Assembly (NCBI RefSeq): GCF_006345805.1
Contig: NC_043020.1
Location: 10,044,001-10,108,000 of the forward strand
Reading direction: 5' to 3'
DNA from: Octopus sinensis
Lineage: Eukaryota
Length of the DNA: 64,000 nucleotides
Notes under the pieces: model-generated
Seen by the model: only the letters and a program-made list of their open reading frames with translations
What the model was told of the DNA's origin: nothing
Databases searched by the model: none
Shown: one piece after another, positions 1-11,560 of the stretch
Layout of the letters: every line of letters begins with the position of its first letter
Numbering within the stretch: position 1 is the first letter of the stretch
Program-made: the position numbers and the translations under genes

Positions 1-508
1 TCCCTCTCTCTCTCTCTCTCTCTTTCCCCTGATCCCCATCTCTCCTGCTGTTTCTCCACTTCATCCCTCTCATTTCACCAGGAAACATCAATCAATGTTT
101 TTTTTGTTTTCACCAACATTTCCTCGGAGTCATACAAATTTTTTTACTTCCAACCACTGATCGACCAGCCTGCTGGAAATAGCAGCCAAATTCCACCAAA
201 ACAACACTCAATCATCCTAAAAGATGAAAGACATGCTGAACGATGTAATCATAGAATATAAAAATGAAAAGAAACGCAAAAAAAAAAAAATGACAAGAGG
301 GGGATGACTGAAATTTTTTTCAAAAATTCTCTGAAAATTCTTCAAAAATCACACTTGTATGATGCCAAAATTTTACACGCTCTTTAGATGCCAGAAAATC
401 TGGAACTGTCCCCTTCTACCATCTTGAATAAGAAAGGGACCTTTACGTTAGTGCAATTTTATGTAGTTTTACATACCTGTAAAGAGGCTCACCTTATCGT
501 TTAGAAGG

Positions 509-795
509 CCCATCATCATCATCCATCATTGTTCGACTGTGGTCGAGACAATGGAATTTACCATGCTACGCCAGACTTCACGGTCCATCATGGCATTACG
601 GAGGTCCTGTTGCTGGATGCCTGTATCCCTGGAGATTATATCAGGGTAGGAGAGTGTGCGCCCTCTGGTATTGCGAGTAGATGGCTTCCAGAGGAGAAGA
701 GTAGAAATTACTTCTTTTTCAGCTCTAGAACAATGTCCAGCAAACTGGACTCTCCTACCCTTCACAAGAGATGACACAGGTGTTAGTTTCCCATA
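509..795 (-). mobile_element. RTE-clade LINE 3' fragment
   Basis: ORF 526-804 (FAGHCSR...RGRTLSYPDIISRDTG...AMMDREVWR) resembles the RTE ORF C-terminus and is followed by a (GAT)n tail. Confidence 0.8.
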
Positions 796-1340
796 TATTT
801 GCATTTTTTATATAGAAGGCCCAGTTAGTCACTATTATCATCATTGTCATCGTCATCATCATCATCATTATCATAATCATTGTAGTCGACATCATCATCA
901 TCAACAACAAGCGAGCCTCTGTACAGTTTCTCAGCCTACTAGAAATATCAATTAAACAACCTTTAAATCACAACTCTACAAAACACACCTTAATTGTCAG
1001 AAGCCTCATTCATCAGAATACTGTGGATTTATGCCATTTATGACATTTTGTCATTTGCATAACAGTTTCAAGTTATAAATACAAATGTTTTTCAATATAT
1101 ATATGTGTGTGTGTGTAGGCCGTTCGCCAGCCTCGTCTGGCACCTGTGTCGGTGGCACATAAAATCACCCACTACACTCTTGGAGTGGTTGTCGTTAGGA
1201 AGGGCATCCAGCTGTAGAAACACTGCCAGATCTGAGTGGCCTGGTGCAGCCTTCGGGCTCCCCAGACCCAGTTGAACTGTCCAACCCATGCTAGCATGGA
1301 AAGCGGACGTTAAACGATGACGATGTATATATATGTATAT

Positions 1341-1388
<48 letters not shown>

Positions 1389-1488
1389 NNNNNNNNNNNN
1401 NNNNNNNNNNNNNNNNNNNNNNNNNNNNNNNNNNNNNNNNNNNNNNNNNNNNNNNNNNNNNNNNNNNNNNNNNNNNNNNNNNNNNNNN
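1389..1488. other. Assembly gap (100 N)
   Basis: Run of N between (TA)n tracts. Confidence 1.
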
Positions 1489-1500
1489 ATATACTATACT

Positions 1501-2811
1501 AGGCGCAGGAGTGGCTGTGTGGTAAGTAGCTTGCTAACCAACCACATGGTTCCGGGTTCAGTCCCACTGCGTGGCATCTTGGGTAAGTGTCTTCTACTAT
1601 AGCCCGGGGCCGACCAATGCCTTGTGAGTGGATTTGGTAGACGGAAACTGAAAGAAGCCTATATAGGTGCAGGAGTGGCTGTGTGGTAAGTAGCTTGCTA
1701 ACCAACCACATGGTTCCAGGTTCAGTCCCACTGCGTGGCATCTTGGGCAAGTGTCTTCTACTATAGCCCCGGGCCGACCAATGCCTTGTGAGTGGATTTG
1801 GTAGACGGAAACTGAAAGAAGCCTATATAGGTGCAGGAGTGGCTATGTGGTAAGTAGCTTGCTAACCAACCACACGGTTCCGGGTTCAGTCCCACTGCGT
1901 GGCATCTTGGGCAAGTGTCTTCTGCTATAGCCCCGGGCCGACCAATGCCTTGTGAGTGGATTTGGTAGACGGAAACTGAAAGAAGCCTATACTAGGCGCA
2001 GGAGTGGCTGTGTGGTAAGTAGCTTGCTAACCAACCACATGGTTCCGGGTTCAGTCCCACTGCGTGGCATCTTGGGCAAGTGTCTTCTACTATAGCCCCG
2101 GGCCAACCAATGCCTTGTGAGTGGATTTGGTAGAAGGAAACTGAAAGAAGCCTGTTGTATATATATATATATATATATAACGGGAAGCTTTATGAAAATA
2201 GACAAAAGACGAAGGCAGGTTTACGGAAATAAACAAAAGACGAAGGCAGGTAGAATACAAACAAACAATTGTATTAGTATGGCGCTCAGGAATATAAATA
2301 AAACAAGTCTTTAACGTTTCGAGCCTACGCTCTTCAGCAGAAAGATACACAGAGAAGAAACACAGAAAGAAGGAGAGAAAAAAAATGCGTGCAGAAGCTA
2401 GCGAATCAACATGGCGATGTGTGTGTATGTGTTTGTGTGTCTGTGTTTGTCCCCCTAGCATTGCTTGACAACCGATGCTGGTGTGTTTACGTCCCCGTCA
2501 CTTAGCGGTTTGGCAAAAGAGACCGATAGAATAAGTACTGGGCTTACAAAGAATAAGTCCTGGGGGTCGATTTGCTCGACTAGAGGTGGTGCTCCAGCAT
2601 GGCCGCAGTCAAATGACTGAAACAAGTAAAAGAGTAAAAGAGTATACTAGGCGCAGGAGTGGCTGTGTGGTAAGTAGCTTGCTAACCAACCACATGGTTC
2701 CGAGTTCAGTCCCACTGCGTGGCATCTTGGGCAAGTGTCTTCTACTATAGCCCCGGGCCGACCAATGCCTTGTGAGTGGATTTGGTAGACGGAAACTGAA
2801 AGAAGCCTGTC

Positions 2812-2859
<48 letters not shown>

Positions 2860-3075
2860 ATGTGTTTGTGTGTCTGTGTTTGTCCCCCTAGCATTGCTTG
2901 ACAACCGATGCTGGTGTGTTTACGTCCCCATAACTTAGCGGTTGGGCAAAAAGAGACCGATAGAATAAGTATTGGGCTTACAAAAGAATAAGTCCCAGGG
3001 TCGAGTTGCTCAATTAAAGGCGGTGCTCCAGCATGGCCGCAGTCAAATGACTGAAACAAGTAAAAGAGTAAAAAA
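1501..3075 (+). mobile_element. SINE family A cluster (tRNA-like head, internal (TA)n(TG)n, (GTAAAAGA)n tail): four tandem 5' halves, a 3' half and a full copy
   Basis: A-box-like TGGCTGTGTGG and B-box-like GGTTCAGTCCC. Other copies at about 5873-6203(-), 15060-15240, 16300-16705(-), 18195-18475(-), 22845-22990, 26290-26405, 28350-28500, 29305-29710(-), 37218-37622(-), 38435-38850(-), 38931-39311(+), 40915-41303(+), 44019-45066(+/-), 47680-48095(-), 56518-56810, 62925-63395(-). Confidence 0.88.
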
Positions 3076-3464
3076 GAGTATATAAAAATAAATATGTGTA
3101 AAAGGAAGGAATTTATAATTACAGCATCCTCATCAATATTGTTTTAACATCTATTTTTCTATGCTTGCATGGGTTAGATGGGATTTGAGGAGGCAGGGTT
3201 TTCTGCTGTTGAATGCCCATCCTGTTGCCAATCCTCGTGCTTAAAAAGAAAGAAAGAGTACTGAGCCAATTCATTTGATGGAAAGATTCTTCAAGGCGGT
3301 GCCCCAGCATGGCCGCAGTTTAATGATTGAAACAAAGTTAAAAGGTAAAAGATGTGCATGTGTGTGTGTGTGTGTGTGTGTGAATGTGTATGTGTGTGTG
3401 AGTGTGTGTGTCTGTGTGTGTGAGTGTGTGTGTGTGAGAGAGAGTGTATGTGTGTGTGTGTGAG

Positions 3465-3499
<35 letters not shown>

Positions 3500-4136
3500 G
3501 TGCCTTTGTGTCTGTGCATGACCCTCGCCACTGCTTGGTAACCGCTGTTGGTTTGTTTATGTCCCCTTAACTTAGTAGTTCGCCAAAAAGAGACCAATAG
3601 ATTAAGTACCAGGCTTTAAAAAAAAAAAAAAAATAATTACTGGGGTCAATTCATTCGACTAAACGTTCTTCAAGAAGGCACCGCTCCAGCATGGCCACAG
3701 TCCAATGGCTGAAACAGATAAAAAAACAGCAGACAAAACAGATAAAGGGATGCCTTCATTTTCATTGGAAAGTCTTTTGTTATTCAAAATCTTAAAACAT
3801 TCAACTTTGAATTGAACAATTTGTAGTTGTGGGTGGTTGTATTTATGCTATTCGGTCAATATACCAATATACGTACACCTTCTTGTACCATTCTACACTA
3901 CTCTGCATGCTGTAACCTGCTTGCTTTACCAAACAGGTTTCCCTTTTATTTCACGGTTGAGTGGATGTGTGTTAGATGGCTGCGACTGGGATGTCATCCA
4001 ACTGTAAAATAAAATACATACATACAAACATACATACAAACAAACACACATAAACTCTTGTGTGTCTGTACATATATATTCACATATATATATATATATA
4101 TATGTATGTATGGACGTATGTATGTATGTATGTATT

Positions 4137-4171
<35 letters not shown>

Positions 4172-4310
4172 GTATATATATATATATGTATATGTATATA
4201 TATTATCACACATATGTATGTGTATATGTATGTTTCCGAAATCCGCCGAAACTACACCTGATTATATATACACTTTAGATGAGTTGTAGTGCACCTGAGC
4301 ACTGTACACA

Positions 4311-4358
<48 letters not shown>

Positions 4359-4849
4359 TTATTATATACATACACACACATATATATATATATATATATG
4401 GATATGAATATGTATGTATATTTGTACATGTGTCGGAGTGAGCATGTATGTACGAATTTATAAACATATACACACACACACACACATTTATATAAACACA
4501 AGTAACTATAAAATAAAATAAAATATATACACACATATATATATACATACATACAAAGATACATACATGTACACACACCTGTATTTCATTCTACTTTATA
4601 TCATTGTAGGCAATGAGAACAAGTGTAAATTTTTTTTACCTGCTCAGTTTCAGGCTGACCTAATTTCTCACAGGTGAAATTAGGAAGCTGGAAGTTGTAT
4701 GGAACTCCTACGAGTGACTGTACCTATTATTCAAAGGGGCCAGCTTCAACACACATTCTATCATAACCGCATCTCACTGACGACAATGATGATGATGGAT
4801 CAGTTCTGTCCCACCATTTTTTTTGTGTAATTTGTCCTTATAATATGTT

Positions 4850-5815
4850 ACTTTACTGCCCACCAGGGGCTAAACATAGAGGGGACAAACAAGGAGAGAC
4901 AAAGGGAATGAGTCGATTACATCGACCCCAGTGCAAAACTGGTACTGTATTTATACAGGCGGCGAGCTGGCAGAAATGTTAGCACGCTGGGCAAAATGTG
5001 TAGCCGTATTTCATCTGTCGTTACGTTGTGAGTTCAAATTCTGCCGAGGTCGACTTTGCCTTTCATCCTCTCGGGGTCGATAAATTAAGTACCAGTTACG
5101 CACTGGGGTCGATGTAATCGACTTAATACCTATGTCTGTCCTTGTTTGTCCCCTCTGTGTTTAACCCCTTGTGGGTAATAAAGAAATAGGTATTTCATCT
5201 GTCGCTACGTTCTGAGTTCAAATTCTGCCGAGGTTGACTTTGCCTTTCATCCTCTCGGGGTCGATAAATTAAGTACCAGTTACGCACTGGGGTCGATGTA
5301 ATCGACTTAATACCTATGTCTGTCCTTGTTTGTCCCCTCTGTGTTTAGCCCCTTGTGGGTAATAAAGAAATAGGTACAGTATTTATTGACCCCGAAAGGA
5401 TGAAAGGCAAAGTCGACCTCGGCGGAATTTGAACTCAGAACGTAGTGGCAGACGAAATACGGCTACGCATCTCGCCCGGTGTGCTAACGTTTCTGCCAGC
5501 TCGCCACCTTATTTGTCCTTATAATATAACTTCATCATTCTCCTTCATAGCAAATTTTTTAAAATGGTAAGAGTGGATGGTAAGGCTTCGAGCTGGCAGA
5601 AACGTTAGCATGCCGGGCGAAATGCTTTGCGTTATTTCGTCTGTCGCTACGTTGTGAGTTCAAATTCCGCCGAGGTCGACTTTGCCTTTCATCCTTTCGG
5701 GGTCGATTAAATAAGTACCAGTTACGCACTGAGGTTGATGTAATCGACTTAATCCGTTTGTCTGTTCTTGTTCGTCCCCTCTGTGTTTAGCCCCTTGTGG
5801 GTAGTAAAGAAATAG
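4850..5815. mobile_element. SINE family B cluster (head GGCGGCGAGCTGGCAGAA...GAGTTCAAATTCC, tail GTGGGTAGTAAAGAAATA)
   Basis: A minus-strand copy is split by a plus-strand dimer, followed by another full copy at 5588-5815. Other copies at about 13428-13965(-), 15245-15475, 15735-15900(-), 22645-22765(-), 33545-34475(-), 36357-36520, 43138-43370, 46575-46920, 47265-47335(-), 51697-52116 (15-bp TSD AGGATTAATTCAAAA), 54700-55115. The core GCCTTTCATCCTTTCGGGGTCGATAAA recalls a conserved SINE central domain (unverified). Confidence 0.88.
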
Positions 5816-6653
5816 GTATCACCCTAAGTCTTGATCTGTGAGTTGGAGGAAAGGAGTTGGAAAGGGCACTTGTCCCGGGACTTATTCTTTGTAAGCCCAG
5901 TACTTATTCTATCGGACTCTTTTGCCGAACGCTAAGTAACGGGGACATAAACACACCAGCATCGGTTGCCAAGCAATGCTAGGGGGACAAACAGAGACAC
6001 ACAAATACACACACACATATATACATATACATATATACGACGGGCTTCTTTCAGTTTCCGTCTACCAAATCCACTCACAAGGCTTTGGTTGGCCCGAGGC
6101 TATAGTAGAAGACACTTGCCCAAGGTGCCACGCAGCGGGACTGAACCCGGAACCATGTGGTTGGTAAACAAGCTACTTACCATGCAGCCACTCCTGCGCC
6201 TATATATACTTTGTATACTTTCAACTTTTTTTTTTACCGTTCCATTATATGTAACCCTCCCACACACACTTTATGTCAGTCTTTGTATTGCTGCCATCTC
6301 ATCCTTTGCCCTGTTGGCAAATAAAAGAATACATCATCATTATAATAATAATAATAATAATTATTATTAATGTGGCCGATGCCAGCACCGCCTTGACCGG
6401 CTTCCGTGTCGGTGGCACGTAAAAACCACCAACCGATCATGGCCGTTGCCAGCCTCTCCTGGCACATAAAAAGCACCCACTACAGTCACGGAGTGGTTGG
6501 CGTTAGGAAGGGTATCCAGCTGTAGAAACGCTGCCAGGTCAGACTGGAGCCTGGTGCAGCCTCCTGGCTTCCCAGACCCCGGTCAAACCGTCCAACCCAT
6601 GCTAGCATGGAAAACGGACGTTAATTGTTTTGGCAGGGCATTAAAGAACTGAG

Positions 6654-7075
6654 GGATCTTTTTGGTTTGAACGGCAGTTTTTTGAAATAATTCCCCCCTA
6701 ACTAAACACTTTTAAACTTCGTATACTGGTAGAATGTGTTTATAAAACATCTTTTTCTCTTGGCTTTATTGACAAAATTCTATGGTTTGTAAGATAATTG
6801 TTGTTTTTTTTCTTCAGTTTCTGCAATTTCAACCAATCAATGACGTCTATTGAAGTAAAAAACATTCTGTGCCGTATAAATATGTCCCTCGTTTAAGAAA
6901 CAGATTGGGTTTATTTACATTTGTGAAGAAAAAAAAAGATACACTTCCCCCACCCCTTATCCTAACCCTAAAACATATTGAAATGCAATAGATCGATAAT
7001 AGGGTCATAATTATGGGTGACAATTTCATATGACACCGCGCTAGAAAAAAACTGCCGTTCAAACCGAAAAGATCC
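6654..7075. mobile_element. MITE with ~28-bp TIRs (GGATCTTTTCGGTTTGAACGGCAGTTTT)
   Basis: Inverted termini at both ends. Rearranged copies of the same element lie at 17344-18200. Confidence 0.75.
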
Positions 7076-7148
7076 GTGCTGAGGTCCTCTGAAATACATA
7101 TATATAGTTATACCCACACACATATACACACATAGATATATATATATA

Positions 7149-7280
7149 CAGGGTGTCCCAAAAAAATGTATACACATAGTGGTTCGGCAAAAGAGAACGA
7201 TAGAATAAGTACTAGGCTTACAAACAATAACAAATTTACAATTATTTAAGGTATGTATACATTTTTTTGGGGACACCCTG
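7149..7280. mobile_element. Tc1/mariner-type MITE
   Basis: TIR CAGGGTGTCCCAAAAAAATGTATAC at both ends, in a TA-rich context. Confidence 0.7.
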
Positions 7281-7775
7281 TTATATATACATATATAATA
7301 TATATAGACAAGGTTACGTGTTATGATTATTTTATGCGACGGTTACACATTTTCGCCTGACACCGATTCACCTTGTTGTGAAGGTCGGACCAACTTGCGT
7401 GTGGCGGCTGTTTCACATTTATCTGTTCTTCCTTCACAGCGTGTCTGTACGCCCCGATGTATGTTTCAAGGCTGGGCTAAGGACCTACCATATCCCCACG
7501 GTCTCTCTCTTCGTAAAAAAAAAATACGGTAAATATTACACTTTATATATCGTAAAACTGAGAATATTATTATTATTGTAATGCACGCTTAAATATATAT
7601 ATATAATATATATATATATTATATATATATATAAATACATGTATATATATAATATATATATATATAGATATCGTTTAACACACATTACAAAACAGCACTG
7701 TCACACACACACATGGGTAAACAATATATAGAGACGGATAGTTACATTCATACATTTATACTCATACCTGTACAT

Positions 7776-7814
<39 letters not shown>

Positions 7815-7881
7815 TTTGAAGCGGTTGAGCTTTGGCTGTATTTCTAGTGGGTGAATGGCCTATTATGGCCGTTCCTTGATT

Positions 7882-7921
<40 letters not shown>

Positions 7922-8415
7922 TAGTTATATCATATATATTTATTTACTATATACATAGGTATATCAGATATATTTATTTATATATATATATATAACATAG
8001 GTATATCATATATATAATATACATAGGCATATCATATATATCTACATATCATATATATATACATAGGCATATCATATATATATACATAGGTATATCATAT
8101 ATATATACTTTATACATGGGTATATAAATATATTTAATATAATATACACACACACATAGGTAGGGATATCTATCTATATACACAAACTATACACAGAAGT
8201 GTGTATATATATATACACATAGGTAGGGATATCTATCTATATACACAGAAGTGTATATATATATATATATATATTTAGGAGAAGCAACAGAGTGACTGAA
8301 GGTCCGAAAGTTCCGTGCGTTTGCTCTTATCTCTGCTATATATACCTACTCGGCCTCCTCATACTTTTGATTTCAGTTTTTCCCCGTGTGCATTACTATA
8401 CATAAAGACACACAC

Positions 8416-8451
<36 letters not shown>

Positions 8452-8814
8452 CTATATATATTATATATATACACTCACATATATACATACACTCACATAT
8501 ACATAGATGTATACCTATATAGATAGATAATGTATACACACTTTATTAGGATATAATGCGAGCGACCAACGCTAAAAATTCTTCAAAAACAATGCAAGAA
8601 ACGTTTTTTCTTTTCTTCAGCACATTTTATATTTTCTCTCCTTTTATTTTTCACTATTTCTTAAGGAATCCCTTTTAAATGACATCCTTAAAAACAGGCA
8701 TTAACGCCGCATCATCCTCCATAAACTTTTGTCCTGTTCACGTCGCGGTTTTCACTTTCGTTTTTGACCGTTAGTCCCTCCTATTCTCTCTCCCTTCTCT
8801 CTCTCTCCTCTCCA

Positions 8815-8885
<71 letters not shown>

Positions 8886-8960
8886 CCGGGTTGAGTCGGG
8901 GTTAACCACAGTAAATAAGGTACTCAATACATGCAGAGTAAATTAATTTATTTTATAGAA

Positions 8961-9014
8961 GGAGCTTCTACAGGACTAGAACTGTTTCATTCAAATGAAT
9001 CATCAGGAAGCTCC
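8961..9014 (-). ncRNA. Type I hammerhead ribozyme fold (stem II junction one nt off canonical)
   Basis: Minus strand reads GGAGCTTC-CTGATGA-TTCATTTGAAT-GAAA-CAG-TTCTAGTC-CTG-TA-GAAGCTCC: a perfect 8-bp stem I, intact core, stem III CAG/CTG and a GUA triplet. Confidence 0.7.
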
Positions 9015-9020
9015 TGAGAT

Positions 9021-9061
<41 letters not shown>

Positions 9062-9443
9062 TATAATATCACACACGAGTATACATCTACGTGTCTGGTC
9101 GGTCAACAAAATCTTTGGCGGCATCCGTCGTCCCTCTTTACGTCCTGAGTTCGAATTCCGTCGAGGTCGACTTTGCCACCGGGGGGGGGGGGTCGATTGG
9201 AGTAAGTAAATTACTAGTTGAAAACTGTGCTCGATTACGTCTAGCTAGCTCCTTCCCCGCAAAATTTCAAGCCTTGTGCCTGTAGTAAAAAAGGATTTTT
9301 ATCGGACTTATAACAGCATTGCTTGTCCTTTTTTTTTTTATTACCTTCATTCATTAAGCTTAACCAATGCTAAAACGTATTAATCTGGGGTAAATTATTA
9401 TTATATAACCTAATCAATATATCTGTTATGCATATTGTCTGGT

Positions 9444-10490
9444 GCTATATATATGCAATCAATCAAAAAAAAAGGAAGGAGGCTTTTACATATTTTCTTA
9501 ATTAAACACATAGACACACACACACACATTATATATATAAAGTAATTTCATTCATTGAGTAATATTTATACTATGTATAAATATTCCCGTGTACAGCGCT
9601 TAACAAACTGGCTTCATATATTTATATACATAATTATCTCTCTCTCTCTCTCTATATATATTATATGTTTATTCATAATCACGCACATACAGACATCTGA
9701 AGATATATATATATATATATATATTCATACATACGTATAACACGATCATTATGTGTATATGTGTTTATAAACGAGGTGTGTAGTTTGTATTGCTGAACTA
9801 TATACTGGGTGGATATTATACATGTTGCTGTGGTATACACACGCTATATATGCAATCAATAAAAAAAGGAAGGAGGCTTTTACATATTTTCTTAAATAAT
9901 CACATAGACACACACACACACACATATTATATATATATATAAAGTAATTTCATTCATTGAGTAATATTTTTACTATGTATAAATATTCTGGTGTACAGCG
10001 CTTAACAAACTTTATATACATAATTATCTCTCTCTATATATATGTTTATTCATAATCACGCACATACAGACATCTGAAGATATATATATATATATATAAA
10101 ATTAATTAAGGGTAGAAATTGATATTTATCAATTAAGACCAGTGGTCTAGCATATTAAAAAAAGAATCCGAAGATTAAAATATTTATATATACCAATTAA
10201 GGACTGAACACGAAGAGTGGACAGTCAACATGCTAGATATAGACGTCAAATCGCCATTCTCCACAAAAGATTGATCTGAGAACATAATCTTTTGTGGAGA
10301 ATGGCGATTGACGTCTATATCTAGCATGTTGACTGTCCACTTTTCGTGTTCAGTCCTTAATTGGTATATATATATATATATATTCATACATACGTATAAC
10401 ACGATCGTTATGTGTTTATAAACGAGGTGTGTAGTTTGTATTGCTAAACTATACACTGGGTGGATATTATACATGTTGCTGTGGAATACA
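9444..10490. repeat. ~400-bp tandem duplication; copy 2 carries a 266-bp hairpin insert
   Basis: Copy 1 at 9444-9842; copy 2 from 9843. Confidence 0.88.
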
Positions 10491-10929
10491 CACACACACA
10501 CGTACATAATTTATTTTATCTCTGTACACCCTCACGTTGACTTCTGGGTGGGGATGAAGTCTGTTAACCCAATCCTGGCTCTTAACCCATTTTTCCTATA
10601 TAATCTTCCTTTTTCTTCACACGTACGTAAGCCTTACCTCCTCGTTACACACGCACTCAAAAGATTTTGTCATTGCCGCTCTATAAGTCACATTGCTCTG
10701 CTCTGGGTTAACCTTCTCCCCTCTCTATTTCAGTTTCGATTCCTGGTTTCGGCTGTCGTTTCAACTTGGGACTTTTTCAAAGTTGTAACTTTCTATTTCT
10801 CTCTTCTGATCTCTTCATTATGATTTCTCTTGTGATCGGTAAAGAAAGAATGAGAGAGAGTAAAAAAAATCGATCGTATCTCGTTTCCCTCCCTTTCCAG
10901 TTCAGTTAATTTATATGTTTAGTGTCTAG

Positions 10930-11184
10930 TCAAGGTAAATTATTACTAGTAACACTAGTTGTAGTAGTAGTAGTTGTAGTAGAAGTAGTTGGTGTAATAT
11001 ATTATATTGCGTATGTGTACACTTGTAACGTAATGTATATAAATCTATGTAGTTATATATAGAGTAATACATATATATATATATAGATAGAGAGAGAGAG
11101 AGAAATATATACATATATAATATATAGAGAGAGAGAGAGAAATATATACATATATATATAATATAGAGAGAGAGAAATATATAC

Positions 11185-11219
<35 letters not shown>

Positions 11220-11266
11220 AATATATACATATAGATAGATAGATAGAGAGAGAAATATATACATAC

Positions 11267-11297
<31 letters not shown>

Positions 11298-11426
11298 AAT
11301 ATATACATACATATATATATAGAGAGAGAAAGAGTAATATATACATACATATATATATATAGAGAGAGAGAAAGAGTAATATATACATACATATATATAT
11401 ATAGAGAGAGAGAAATATATACATAC

Positions 11427-11469
<43 letters not shown>

Positions 11470-11504
11470 AATATATACATACATATAGAGTAATACACAC
11501 ACAC

Positions 11505-11545
<41 letters not shown>

Positions 11546-11560
11546 ACGTTTCAGATATAA
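10930..11560. repeat. Compound (TA)n(GA)n(CA)n microsatellite block
   Basis: Read directly. Similar blocks at 3350-3500, 4010-4580, 7580-8280, 25530-26040, 28105-28360 and 60450-61110. Confidence 0.95.

Noticed and set aside
10193-10364. Hammerhead or miRNA identity for the hairpin
   Set aside because: No CUGANGA...GAAA core was found. A near-perfect 80-bp stem looks like a foldback insertion, and there is no sequence evidence for a miRNA.
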